Virus record (IMG/VR): IMGVR_UViG_3300043468_000476
Origin: an uncultured virus (IMG/VR IMGVR_UViG_3300043468_000476)
Lineage: Duplodnaviria > Heunggongvirae > Uroviricota > Caudoviricetes
Length of the DNA stretch: 64,000 nucleotides
Reading direction: 5' to 3' (one strand)
Shown: positions 8,323-18,570 of the stretch, piece by piece
Layout of the letters: each line of letters starts with the position of its first letter
Position numbering within the stretch: position 1 is the stretch's first letter
Made by a program: the position numbers and the translations under genes
Notes under the pieces: generated by a model
Seen by the model: the letters and a program-made list of their open reading frames with translations, nothing else
Databases searched by the model: none
What the model was told of the DNA's origin: nothing

Positions 8323-8727
8323 TTAAGTGTTGCTAGTTGAACTATTTGATGTGTTTACTGATGGTTCTGGTGTTGATGGTGAAGTATTTGTTACTGGAGC
8401 CCAAGGTAGAACGTTCTCTACGACTGGGTTCTTCTTATCATCAATCTGTTTCTGGATCTGGCCGTTTACATGTTCTTCGTAATTACCAACAACAACGGCT
8501 TTAATCCATGATAGAACGTCTGATTCTGTTAGATCAGAGAATGGAACGAAAGTTGTGTTTGCTGGCATGCTATTGGCAGAGAACGGAGTTGCTCCACTAA
8601 ACTCGCCAACATTACCGCTTTCATCGGTTCCCTTTTTCTTCCAGTATGTCTGAACGACAACATCAGAAGTGTTAGCTACTGTTGTTGTCTTAAGACCTGT
8701 TACTTCCCAAGTATATGTTACTGCCAT
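8323..8727 (-). CDS. Tail-fibre-associated small protein, paralog 3
   Basis: YTW, FVPFSDLTESDVLSWI, LPW, S/T/N-rich tail; AGGAG RBS. Confidence 0.7.
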   Translation of the reverse strand: MAVTYTWEVTGLKTTTVANTSDVVVQTYWKKKGTDESGNVGEFSGATPFSANSMPANTTFVPFSDLTESDVLSWIKAVVVGNYEEHVNGQIQKQIDDKKNPVVENVLPWAPVTNTSPSTPEPSVNTSNSSTSNT

Positions 8728-8754
8728 TTTTTATCTCCTTAACCTTATATTTAG

Positions 8755-8913
8755 TTATTTTACTATTACGGATACTAGACTGACAGTGCTCATCGGAGCC
8801 TCGATTGTCACGGTTAAATCAACAACAATATTATTCGATCTAGCTTCTCTAACTAGATTATTTATTGTTGTTTCCGCTTCTTTAATTGCTACGATATATT
8901 CTTCTTTTGTCAT
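8755..8913 (-). CDS. 52-aa hypothetical protein (not in ORF track)
   Basis: MTKEEYIVAIKEAETTINNLVREAR...; ATGA overlap with the fibre stop. Confidence 0.5.
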   Translation of the reverse strand: MTKEEYIVAIKEAETTINNLVREARSNNIVVDLTVTIEAPMSTVSLVSVIVK

Positions 8914-11900
8914 AGTATTCCCTTATCTTTTAGAAGTTGTTTCAATTCATTAAGTTCTTTTGTTGTATCATTTAAGGCCTGAACCAACAATGGAGTGATC
9001 TTGTTCCAATTGATTGTTAGATATTCTGATTCTGATTCTGTTCCATCGATGTGTGCTTTATTAGCTGATCTATTAATGACAACAGCGTCCGGAATGGCGG
9101 CCTGAACTTCCTGTGCGATAAGACCGATTTCTTCTTTACCTGGTTCGATTTCAGCATGGAAATCTTTTACCTTATTATTCCAGTTAAATCTATAGGCTGT
9201 CAGTTTAGACAATATTTGAGTTGCCTCGTTACCAATTGGTCTCAAATTTTCTTTGAGTCTTCTATCTGACCAATAAGCAATAACGTTTCCTGGGAAGTGG
9301 CCTGTTCCGTTTTCGATATAAAGTCTCCATCCCACAGCATTGTTATGAAATCCTTGAACGGTGCCAGCAGTATTGATCATCAATGAAATATTCTGTGACG
9401 CATCAAATTCGATACCTGCCCAACCATTTCTAGATCCTCTTGAACGCCACGACCCATAAGACAAATCATTTGGATGAAAATGGGCGCCATTGTTTGGTGA
9501 ATATAGTCCAGTGAAGTTTACGAACTCGATCCACTCATGAATGTATGTTCTTCCAGCAAATCTTCTACCCGCATTAAGATCATTGTAGTAATAAGTATCA
9601 TTACGATCATAGATGATGTTAGGTCTAATATCATTTAGATATGAAATCGATCTTGCTTGAACATAATAGTTTGTATCATAAATATCATAGAAGATGCTTG
9701 CTCTACAATCTTCGAGTAGAGTTGTGGAGTTAGGATCAACATATCTTGCGGTATTATTAGAATCATACCAAAATGGCGCATATATTGTTCCAGATTGATT
9801 GACATAAAATACATTGGAGCCACCGGAATTTCTGAAAATCCATTCGCTTGCAGCTTGAAAATACCAGTTACTACCGTGATATTGAATTTTACCAGAATAC
9901 TCGCCGTCCCATGATGATGAATCTGCTCTCCAACTACCAACAGTTCTTAGTGATGTTGTGGAGTTAGGATCAACATAATAAGCAGTATTATTAGAATCAT
10001 AAAAAATTGGAGAACGTATTGATTCGTGAGCGGTAACAAATCCACCAGCATGGCCACCAACAGTCATAAGTAATGCTTCACCACCGTCACCATTACCATC
10101 GTTATTAGCATCTGTTGTTGGTGAATTATTATAGAATCTTATGCCAGAATATGATGCGCCAATACGAATACCAGTATGATAACCAATAATCAAATCTGAG
10201 TAATGGGGATGTGACCATCCACCATCAGCAATATCTTCGCCCATACTGTAATGATTGGCAGAGAAAGTAGTACCACCGCCTGAACCTGATGGAAAATTAA
10301 TTTTACCGTTGAGTGTGATACCTAACACGCTCGATGTATTATTCGGATCGATGTAGTATGCAGTATTATCAGAATCATAGAAGATCGGAGCACGGAAAGA
10401 ACCACCAGAAGCAACATAAGAGCTGAAATACCAATAACCACCTGCGTTGTAAACACTAACAGAATTTGACAAATCATCACGAGTTAAGTGGATAGCCCAT
10501 GGCCCAGCAGAAGAAGTTCTGACGTTTAATGGATTGCTCGTTCCGCCATTGAGAGTTAGTGTGCTTAGTAACGACGCACTTGGTGGGTTCAGATAATAAT
10601 TTGTATTGTTATTTAGATATAGATTACCGCCAACGGTTTTCTGCATATCCCAATTGCCCCAAGAAGATCCAAGGAACCCATATTCGGTTCCGGATCCACC
10701 ATACAATTGGAAACCAAAAGTACCACCAGAGTTTTTCATCAACAATCCTACAGAACTATTTCCTGCGGTGTTTATCTGAATGTTACTGGTATTGTAAGAT
10801 GAATATGTATGACCACCAATGATCGCAGCATTTAAAACAGAGGTTGATGCGGCATCAATATAATAAGCAGTATTGTCCGAATCATAGAAGATTGGTGATC
10901 TACTAGAAGTTGCAGAAAACCAGTTACCACTGTCATCGTTCCATGCCCACCAACCATCAGCAGCAAGATTTAAGAATCCTAATCTACCAGAATTGGCATG
11001 AATGAATCTATTACCATTATCACTATCATACATTGTGATAGTTGATGATGTTCCTCCATATCCTACTATCAACCCGTTCAACAAAGAGGTAGAAGCAGGG
11101 TCTAGATAATAAGCAGTATTATTGATGTCATAGAATTTAGTAGCATATGCGCCAGAATTGTTAGCAACAAACCAGTTAGATGTTGTGTTACCTGCGAAAT
11201 AGTTGTTCGCTTGAAAATTAGCTAGATGGAAAGTTGTATTTGAAGTGTCTATATAAGGACTAGCATCTGGTTCTGGTCCATAATTGTCAAAAACTTTCCA
11301 GATACCATCGCTGGCGTCTCTGAAAAACCCAGTATGGCGATAAGTACCATCGTTATAATTACCAGCAAATCCAAGATCTGGATTGGAAACAGTGCTGTTA
11401 GAATTTAGGTAAATCATATTATCGACTAGCGAAAGATTATTCGCACCAACAATGTTAACATTACCAGAAACAACAAGGTTTCCAGTTAGGGTCATACCTT
11501 TAAATTCTACAGAATCAGAAGTTCTGACATTCTGATCCATTCTGTATGGAAGTCTAGCTTCAGCTACAGTTCCGGAAGAAATATTAGAAGCGTTTGATGC
11601 GTATGTTGTGGCATTAGAATATGCTGCAGAAGCATTAGCTGTTATGGCTGAATTGGCGATAGCTATCTTTGAATCTGTGTAAGAAACGGAGTTGGAGTAT
11701 GCACTAGAGATAGCGGCATTAGCAGTAGCTATCTTTGAATCTGTGTAAGAAACGGAGTTGCTATACGCTGCTGACGCATTAGCTGTTATGGCTGAATTAG
11801 CGGTAGTTATCTTTGAATCTGTATAACTGACCGAATTCGAATATGCGTCAGCAATCGCTAGATTCGCAGTAGCAATTTTAGAATCAGTATACGAAACTGC

Positions 11901-12677
11901 ATTAGAATATGCAGCTGACGCATTAGCTGTTATAGCAGAGTTAGCAGTAGCTATCTTTGAGTCTGCATAAGAAATTGCATTAGAATATGCGTTAGCGATT
12001 GCTAGGTTAGCTGTTGCTATCTTAGAATCAGTATAAGAAACGGAGTTAGAGTATGCATCAGCAATTGCTAGGTTAGCTGTTCCAATCTTAGTATCTGTAT
12101 ATGTAACAGCGTTAGAATATGCAGCAGAAGCATTAGCAACTATAGCAGCATTAGAAGTTCCAATAGAACTGTTGATATATGATACTGCATTGGAATATGC
12201 ATTATCCGTATAACTCACAGCGTTAGAATATGCAGCAGAAGCATTAGCAACTATAGCAGCATTAGCCGTGAATATCTTGGTATCAGTATATGTTACAGAG
12301 TTAGAATAGGCTGCTGCAGCATTAGCAACCATTGCAGCGTTAGCAGTTTCTATAGAACTACTGATATATGAAACTGTATTAGAATAGGAGTTGGCTATAT
12401 CTGATCTAATGACAACTAAATTAGCTTGAAGGTCTGTATTAGAAACAACATCATTAGCCGTTACTGACCCGACATAAAGAGTGTTATTTGCTGTGCCTGG
12501 ATATGAAGTGTTGTTCATAGACTGGCCAGAAATAGTAATACCATTACTATGAATGGAAGTATTACCTACAGTTATTCCGATAGTATGGATAACAGTGTTA
12601 CCAACGCTAACGCTTTCTGCAGCTGTATTGACTGTTACAACTTGACCAAGTTCGCCAATTTCTCTATTCTGAGCCAT
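8910..12677 (-). CDS. Long modular tail fibre with coiled-coil repeat stalk and S74 chaperone
   Basis: AYSN repeat stalk, repeated FYDxxNTxYYxDP motif, WSDRRLKENL...GLIAQEV. Confidence 0.88.
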   Translation of the reverse strand: MAQNREIGELGQVVTVNTAAESVSVGNTVIHTIGITVGNTSIHSNGITISGQSMNNTSYPGTANNTLYVGSVTANDVVSNTDLQANLVVIRSDIANSYSNTVSYISSSIETANAAMVANAAAAYSNSVTYTDTKIFTANAAIVANASAAYSNAVSYTDNAYSNAVSYINSSIGTSNAAIVANASAAYSNAVTYTDTKIGTANLAIADAYSNSVSYTDSKIATANLAIANAYSNAISYADSKIATANSAITANASAAYSNAVSYTDSKIATANLAIADAYSNSVSYTDSKITTANSAITANASAAYSNSVSYTDSKIATANAAISSAYSNSVSYTDSKIAIANSAITANASAAYSNATTYASNASNISSGTVAEARLPYRMDQNVRTSDSVEFKGMTLTGNLVVSGNVNIVGANNLSLVDNMIYLNSNSTVSNPDLGFAGNYNDGTYRHTGFFRDASDGIWKVFDNYGPEPDASPYIDTSNTTFHLANFQANNYFAGNTTSNWFVANNSGAYATKFYDINNTAYYLDPASTSLLNGLIVGYGGTSSTITMYDSDNGNRFIHANSGRLGFLNLAADGWWAWNDDSGNWFSATSSRSPIFYDSDNTAYYIDAASTSVLNAAIIGGHTYSSYNTSNIQINTAGNSSVGLLMKNSGGTFGFQLYGGSGTEYGFLGSSWGNWDMQKTVGGNLYLNNNTNYYLNPPSASLLSTLTLNGGTSNPLNVRTSSAGPWAIHLTRDDLSNSVSVYNAGGYWYFSSYVASGGSFRAPIFYDSDNTAYYIDPNNTSSVLGITLNGKINFPSGSGGGTTFSANHYSMGEDIADGGWSHPHYSDLIIGYHTGIRIGASYSGIRFYNNSPTTDANNDGNGDGGEALLMTVGGHAGGFVTAHESIRSPIFYDSNNTAYYVDPNSTTSLRTVGSWRADSSSWDGEYSGKIQYHGSNWYFQAASEWIFRNSGGSNVFYVNQSGTIYAPFWYDSNNTARYVDPNSTTLLEDCRASIFYDIYDTNYYVQARSISYLNDIRPNIIYDRNDTYYYNDLNAGRRFAGRTYIHEWIEFVNFTGLYSPNNGAHFHPNDLSYGSWRSRGSRNGWAGIEFDASQNISLMINTAGTVQGFHNNAVGWRLYIENGTGHFPGNVIAYWSDRRLKENLRPIGNEATQILSKLTAYRFNWNNKVKDFHAEIEPGKEEIGLIAQEVQAAIPDAVVINRSANKAHIDGTESESEYLTINWNKITPLLVQALNDTTKELNELKQLLKDKGIL
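11600..12400 (-). repeat. Tandem 26/22/11-aa coiled-coil repeats (about 11-12 units)
   Basis: Consensus IATANSAIVANASAAYSNSVSYTDSK; DNA repeats such as gctatctttgaatctgtgtaagaaacggagttg; boundaries approximate. Confidence 0.85.
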
Positions 12678-12700
12678 TTTTTGCCTTTATTATTTGTTTT

Positions 12701-15700
12701 TTAACTATTTATCAGTTTTTTCAAATCGCTCATTTCTTGTTTCATAGTCTCAATCATTTCTTGCTGTTCTTTGATTGCCTCAACAAGATAAGGAACGATC
12801 TTGTCTTGGTCGATTGTTAGGTAGTGAGAACCATCTTCTGCTTTAGCTAGTTTGTTTTCTCTTACAGCAGAAGGAATATGTTCCTGGACTTCCTGTGCAA
12901 TAAATCCAGTTTCTGGTTCATCAGAACCATTGAAGATACCTTTACCAGTTTCGTTCCACTGGAAAATAACACCTCTTAACTTCTTAACAACATCGATAGA
13001 GTTTTCAAGGGTTTCGACGTTCTTTTTCAGACGACGATCTGACCAGTAGGCAGTTACGTTACCTGTAACCAATAGGTTTCCGCCTGGTTCGAGTCTAAGT
13101 CTCTCTGAACCCCAAGAACCGTTATAAGAATCTTCAGAAATCCAGAAACTGTTGTCTCCGGAATATGGTCTAATACCACAAGCCCAGTGTTTGGCGCCAG
13201 CTTTGTGGAACCATAGCATTGGACCATCTTGACCACCAGCGCCGTCAGTTCTTAATTGAATGACCTTACCATACTGACCCCAACCGCCCATAAAGGATGC
13301 TGCTACAGTACCACCATTATAAACCTGGAAACGACCTTCGTATCCAGTTGTCCCCAATCCAACTACGTTCAAGAAAGATGTTCCATTAGGATCACAATAA
13401 TAACCAGTATCATTTCTATCATACATGATAGTAGGACGAATACTTGCATTACAGTAGACGTTACTATCATTTTCAAACCACATAGCAACAGAACCCCAAC
13501 CATAGATACCTTCATGTGGGTTAGCATTGTTAGAAGCATAACCAATTGAAAGTCTGACAGCATTTGTGCCCGATGTACCTATGACCCAATGCTTATAGTT
13601 TCCTGATGTCGCTCCGGCGGTATCATAAGCCATAAATCTTAGTGTTGGTCCATGAGATGTGTTATTGATTCCGGAAGAAACTAGATTCAGATGAGGATAG
13701 TTACCTCTAATAGTGATACCAGGTCTATAATCATATCCTCCATCATACAAACAGCCGTCGTAGTTCTGGTTACCGATCAGTGATCGCCATGCCATTCTTG
13801 GTTCGACCATGTATGAAACATCATTTGGATTTACATAATATGCAGTGTCGTTTAAATCATAGAAGATTGGCGCTCTTATATCACTATCGCCGATTAGATT
13901 TCCACCACAACGTAATTGCGATCCTCCGTCATGATATAGCGGCACAGAAGTATAACCTGCTCTATGGAACGCTATACCAACATTGCCACCATTTGTATTT
14001 CTTATTTCGAGTTGAGAATTATTCCAAGCAATACCACCGGAAAGATTTGAGCCGATACAATGTGAACTTGATCTTCCTAATCCGCCTACTTCTATTCCTG
14101 ATAGAACTGATAAGCTATTAGGATTACAATAGTAAGCAGTATCATTGGAATCATAAAAGATTGGTGAACGCATACTGGCATTAGACTGCCAAACACCATT
14201 ATTAAGAATCCAACCAGATGTATAAGCAGCACTGAAATCGTTACCACCGGTGCCTCGACGGAACACCCATCCTCTTCCATCTGAGTCCATTGTGAAATAT
14301 GTATTATAACCGTCGCCGTTACCAGTCGGATTAGTAAAGGATCCTCCGTTTGATTTAAAACCAATAGCGGAAGTTGTGGTGCTGGTTGAACCCCAGAAAT
14401 GTATCTGGTTCTGGTAATTAGTAGAATTGGCATCACCTCTAATATTCACTGACCATAGAGAAGATATACCGTTTGGATTACAGTAATATCCTGTATCATT
14501 TCCATCATAGTAAATAGCACCATATACGTTGTTTGTACCAAAGTTACAGTATGAAGAATAGTTAGCAGAATCTAGGATTCTGGCCCAAGCATAACCATTG
14601 TTCCATGTGGTTCCTGGAACCCATGCAGTTCTATACCACATACCATTGTTAGATCCTGAAGCGGTATGAGGTACATACAACTGAAGCGCATGGTTCGCCG
14701 CAGCCCAAGAGAAAAGAGCACCATATGCATATGCACTGCTTGGACCATTTGACCATCCGGTGCCATTTTGAATTTCATCAAGTCTGATTGAATAAGCCGC
14801 AGGAAGTATAGTATTCCAGTCAGTGGATGTTGTGTATGTTGTTGAATACTTCCAAGCAGGAAAACCACCAATATTTAAACCGTTGAGGTTTGATGTATTA
14901 TTAGGATCTACATAATAACCAGTATTATCTGAATCATAGAAGATTGGCGATCTAGAGCTACCATATGCATATGAGATACCAAAAATTTCAACATCTCTAG
15001 TCTGACCGTTAACGGTGAACATGGCTCTACCGTTTGGATAATCAAAAACAGCAAAGTTTTTATATGTACCAGCTGCGCCGCCCCAGTTCATTCCTATCAA
15101 GCCGTAACTGCCACCTGTCCATGCTCCTGCTGCGGTGAAGTGAAATCTTGAACCGCAACTTATATCATTAGATGCGAAAAGATTTCCTGTGGGAGTAAAA
15201 TAACAAACTTTAGACCATGCGGCGCTGTTAGGATATCCCCAAAGAGCAGCATTACCACTTGAATCCAGCTGCCAGTTCCATGCTTGTGAGTTACCAGCAC
15301 TGGCAAAGTATAAATGACTATTAATAGAATCTGCGCCGTTTTTGAAAATACGAACATCGCCATTAACAGTAGTTGTTCCTGTAATTGTACCACCAGAAAG
15401 TGGTAGATAAGTCGATGACGCAGTAGAAGATAACAAGTAAGAAGCTGCTGCTGTTCCGCCTAGATAAGCGGAGTTGTTGGACGTTCCAGAATAATTTGTC
15501 GAATTAACAGTAGCAGATCCAACAGTAAGCGTACCAGTTGATGGAACAAAATACAACTTGCTGGTAGAAACAACAGCATTAGTCCAAGCTCCTGACGAAC
15601 CACTAGAAAGACCAATGTAATACGTTGAGCTGTCTGTATTGTTAGCGTTTAGTGTAGCGCCAGCAGTTGCCCAGTAAGCGCCTGTTCCGTTAGAAACAAG

Positions 15701-17926
15701 AGATTGACCTGCCGAACCATAAGTTCCATTGGCAGAAATACCGCCGCTTATTACAACATTAACTGTGTTTACTGCGGGAGCATGAACACCAGATGTATTA
15801 GCAACAACCCAGAATGAACTTGTGTTGCCTAGGAATAGTGCATTTGCTTGGAAGTTTGCTATATGAAATGTTGTATTTGTAGTGTCAATCCAAACATTAG
15901 CATCAGGTTCTGGAGCATAATTATCATATACCTTCCAGATACCATCGCTGGCATCTCTAAAGAAACCAGTGTGATAATATGTTCCATCATTATAGTTACC
16001 AGCAATACCAATATCTGGATTCGAGACAGTGCTGTTAGAATTTAGATAAATCATATTATCGACTAGCGATAGATTATTAGCGCCGATAATATTAACATTA
16101 CCAGAAACAACCAGATTCCCCGTCAAAGTCATTTGTCCGAATGTTACATTATCTGTATTGCGAACATCTTGGTTCATTCTATATGGTAATCTAGCTTCTG
16201 CTACTGTTCCAGAAGATATATTAGAAGCATTAGAAGAATAAGAAGTAGCGTTAGTATACGCTGCAGAAGCATTAGCTGTTATAGCAGCATTAGCAGTAGC
16301 TATCTTTGAGTCTGTATACGAAGTAGCATTCGAATAAGCAGTAGCAGCGTTACCAGTAATAGCAGCGTTAGCTGTTGCAATTTTCGTATCTGTATAAGTC
16401 ACAGAATTAGAATAAGCAGCTGCTGCATTGGCTACCATAGATGTATTAGCAGTAGCTATCTTAGAATCTGTATACGAAATAGCGTTGGAATATGCAGCAG
16501 AAGCATTAGCAACTATGGCAGCATTAGTAACCCCAATAGAACTGTCAATATACGTCACAGCATTAGAATAGGCTGCAGAAGCATTAGCAACTATGCCAGC
16601 ATTAGCAACCCCAATAGAACTGTCAATATACGTCACAGAATTAGAATAAGCAGCAGAAGCGTTAGCAACTATAGCAGAGTTAGCGGTGCTAATCTTACTA
16701 TCAACATAGCTTACAGAGTTAGAATAGGCTGATGATGCATTAGCGACTATCGCAGAATTGGCAATTGCTATTTGGGTATCAACATAGCTTACAGAATTAG
16801 AATAGGCTGCAGAAGCGTTAGCAACTATGGCAGCATTAGCAGTAGCAATCTTCGTATCTGTATATGAAACAGAATTACTGTATGCAGCAGAAGCGTTAGC
16901 AACTATAGCAGAGTTAGCTGTTGCTATTTTAGAGTCAGTGTATGAGGTGGCATTAGAATATGCTGCATCAGCGTTCGCTACCATAGCAAGATTAGCAGTT
17001 CCTATAGCAAAACTAGTATAATTAACAGAATTAGAATATGAATTTGCTATATCAGAACGTATGACTGTTAGGTTAGCTTGCAAGCTCGTATTTGAAACAA
17101 CGTCATTAGAAGCAACTGACCCAACATAAAGAGTATTGTTCGCTGTTCCGCTAAACGACGAAGTGTTAATGGTCGCACCAGCAATACTAATAGTAGTAGA
17201 ATCAATGGTAATATTGCTTGATGTATTACCAATGACTAGTGTAGAACCGTTTAAATATACGTTTCCTGGAACAATCTGAGTGTTAACAGAAGAATTACCG
17301 ATTGATATTACATTACCAGAGATACTAGTATTACCAATTGTCAGATAAGAAGTTGATGTGATAACAGAATAACCAACAACGTCAATCAAAGCACCGTTTG
17401 CAGGAGCAGGAGAAATAACAACGTTGACTCCAGACTGAACATTGGCCTCAAGACCGTTATGAAGCATAACACCATTCAAGAATACTGAAACAGTATTAGA
17501 TTCGTAACCACCAGATATAGCAAATGTTGTTGTGTTTCCGTCGCCAGTAAATTGTTGTCTCACTGGACCTGTGGCGCTACCACCAGCTGGCGCCCAATAA
17601 ACCCCAGAACCGTTTGAAGTAAGAACCAGTCCTGCTGCGCCGTTGCTGCTGTTGGCACTAATAGCGCCGAATATAGCTACATCATGAAATACAGCAACAT
17701 TCTGAAATAATGCTGTGTCTGTTACATTGATGTTTGATGTTGTGATATTATTTGATACTTGGAGATCTGTTAGATTGGCGCCAATCTCAAATACTAGCGA
17801 ACCGTCTGACGAGAATAGCTTTTTATCGGTAAGGTTGATTGCTAATTCGCCGATTGCGACAGTAGATGTATTTGGGACTTTACCTGCGACTGATGATCGA
17901 CGCAGTTTGAAAACTGTATTTGCCAT
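12701..17926 (-). CDS. Very long modular tail fibre (1741 aa) with S74 chaperone
   Basis: N-terminal KLRRS...GELAIN head, AYSN stalk, FYD repeats, WSDRRLKKNV...GFIAQEV. Confidence 0.88.
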   Translation of the reverse strand: MANTVFKLRRSSVAGKVPNTSTVAIGELAINLTDKKLFSSDGSLVFEIGANLTDLQVSNNITTSNINVTDTALFQNVAVFHDVAIFGAISANSSNGAAGLVLTSNGSGVYWAPAGGSATGPVRQQFTGDGNTTTFAISGGYESNTVSVFLNGVMLHNGLEANVQSGVNVVISPAPANGALIDVVGYSVITSTSYLTIGNTSISGNVISIGNSSVNTQIVPGNVYLNGSTLVIGNTSSNITIDSTTISIAGATINTSSFSGTANNTLYVGSVASNDVVSNTSLQANLTVIRSDIANSYSNSVNYTSFAIGTANLAMVANADAAYSNATSYTDSKIATANSAIVANASAAYSNSVSYTDTKIATANAAIVANASAAYSNSVSYVDTQIAIANSAIVANASSAYSNSVSYVDSKISTANSAIVANASAAYSNSVTYIDSSIGVANAGIVANASAAYSNAVTYIDSSIGVTNAAIVANASAAYSNAISYTDSKIATANTSMVANAAAAYSNSVTYTDTKIATANAAITGNAATAYSNATSYTDSKIATANAAITANASAAYTNATSYSSNASNISSGTVAEARLPYRMNQDVRNTDNVTFGQMTLTGNLVVSGNVNIIGANNLSLVDNMIYLNSNSTVSNPDIGIAGNYNDGTYYHTGFFRDASDGIWKVYDNYAPEPDANVWIDTTNTTFHIANFQANALFLGNTSSFWVVANTSGVHAPAVNTVNVVISGGISANGTYGSAGQSLVSNGTGAYWATAGATLNANNTDSSTYYIGLSSGSSGAWTNAVVSTSKLYFVPSTGTLTVGSATVNSTNYSGTSNNSAYLGGTAAASYLLSSTASSTYLPLSGGTITGTTTVNGDVRIFKNGADSINSHLYFASAGNSQAWNWQLDSSGNAALWGYPNSAAWSKVCYFTPTGNLFASNDISCGSRFHFTAAGAWTGGSYGLIGMNWGGAAGTYKNFAVFDYPNGRAMFTVNGQTRDVEIFGISYAYGSSRSPIFYDSDNTGYYVDPNNTSNLNGLNIGGFPAWKYSTTYTTSTDWNTILPAAYSIRLDEIQNGTGWSNGPSSAYAYGALFSWAAANHALQLYVPHTASGSNNGMWYRTAWVPGTTWNNGYAWARILDSANYSSYCNFGTNNVYGAIYYDGNDTGYYCNPNGISSLWSVNIRGDANSTNYQNQIHFWGSTSTTTSAIGFKSNGGSFTNPTGNGDGYNTYFTMDSDGRGWVFRRGTGGNDFSAAYTSGWILNNGVWQSNASMRSPIFYDSNDTAYYCNPNSLSVLSGIEVGGLGRSSSHCIGSNLSGGIAWNNSQLEIRNTNGGNVGIAFHRAGYTSVPLYHDGGSQLRCGGNLIGDSDIRAPIFYDLNDTAYYVNPNDVSYMVEPRMAWRSLIGNQNYDGCLYDGGYDYRPGITIRGNYPHLNLVSSGINNTSHGPTLRFMAYDTAGATSGNYKHWVIGTSGTNAVRLSIGYASNNANPHEGIYGWGSVAMWFENDSNVYCNASIRPTIMYDRNDTGYYCDPNGTSFLNVVGLGTTGYEGRFQVYNGGTVAASFMGGWGQYGKVIQLRTDGAGGQDGPMLWFHKAGAKHWACGIRPYSGDNSFWISEDSYNGSWGSERLRLEPGGNLLVTGNVTAYWSDRRLKKNVETLENSIDVVKKLRGVIFQWNETGKGIFNGSDEPETGFIAQEVQEHIPSAVRENKLAKAEDGSHYLTIDQDKIVPYLVEAIKEQQEMIETMKQEMSDLKKLINS
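16240..17045 (-). repeat. Tandem 26-aa (78-bp) coiled-coil repeats (about 10 units)
   Basis: Same consensus as 11600..12400; boundaries approximate. Confidence 0.85.
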
Positions 17927-17943
17927 TCTAGGCTCTCCTATAA

Positions 17944-17959
17944 CTCAGTATATACTGAG
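17944..17959. promoter_or_regulatory. Perfect 16-bp palindrome just upstream of the fibre gene RBS
   Basis: CTCAGTATATACTGAG. Confidence 0.55.
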
Positions 17960-17962
17960 ATA

Positions 17963-18553
17963 TTAAAATTCATCTGGCAATGTTGCCGGAGGTTCTTTCT
18001 TTTTTGCCTTTTTTGAATCATCGCCTTTCAGCTTTTGATTCTCGGTGTATAAATTATTTAGTTCTTCGACTTGATGCTGGTATTCTGTTTTTAATTCTTC
18101 GGATCTAGAATTACATAGTTTTAATTCATCTTCTAATTGTTTAATACGGATACCAGCTTCATTTAATTTCAACTGATTCTCGCCTTGAGCTTCTTTAATA
18201 ATTCTCTCTTTTTGAGAATTAATCTCTTGATTTTTTTGTTGAAGAGCAGTATAATTACTTTGTAGCGATGAAATATCAGTTTTAGATGCTTCTAACTGAC
18301 GAGTAATACGATCATTCTCAGCTGTCAGCGTTTCGATGCTAGCAGCTGCTTGATTCAGTAATTCGTTACCAAGAGCTACTTGCTTCTGAGATTCCTCATA
18401 GCGAGCATTAGCTTCATTGATATTGTTGTTGAGAGCTACTATGCGTACTTCTGCGTCGATGTTCTTACGCAAGAAATCCAGAAGCAATTGTTCTTGCTTC
18501 TGGATGTAATGTAGTGTATAGAGGTTTTGTTGGTCGTTTTTCTCTTCTTCCAT
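17963..18553 (-). CDS. Coiled-coil protein
   Basis: E/Q/K/L heptad-rich; GAGG RBS. Confidence 0.75.
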   Translation of the reverse strand: MEEEKNDQQNLYTLHYIQKQEQLLLDFLRKNIDAEVRIVALNNNINEANARYEESQKQVALGNELLNQAAASIETLTAENDRITRQLEASKTDISSLQSNYTALQQKNQEINSQKERIIKEAQGENQLKLNEAGIRIKQLEDELKLCNSRSEELKTEYQHQVEELNNLYTENQKLKGDDSKKAKKKEPPATLPDEF

Positions 18554-18570
18554 AATATATCCTCAGATAA

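Noticed and set aside
11600..17045. CRISPR-like or non-coding repeat array
   Set aside because: The repeats are degenerate at synonymous positions, in frame, and lack unique spacers; they are protein repeats.
8910..17926. Diversity-generating retroelement or invertase shufflon acting on the fibres
   Set aside because: No reverse transcriptase or recombinase is in the window, no adenine-specific template/variable pair was seen, and all repeats are direct, not inverted.
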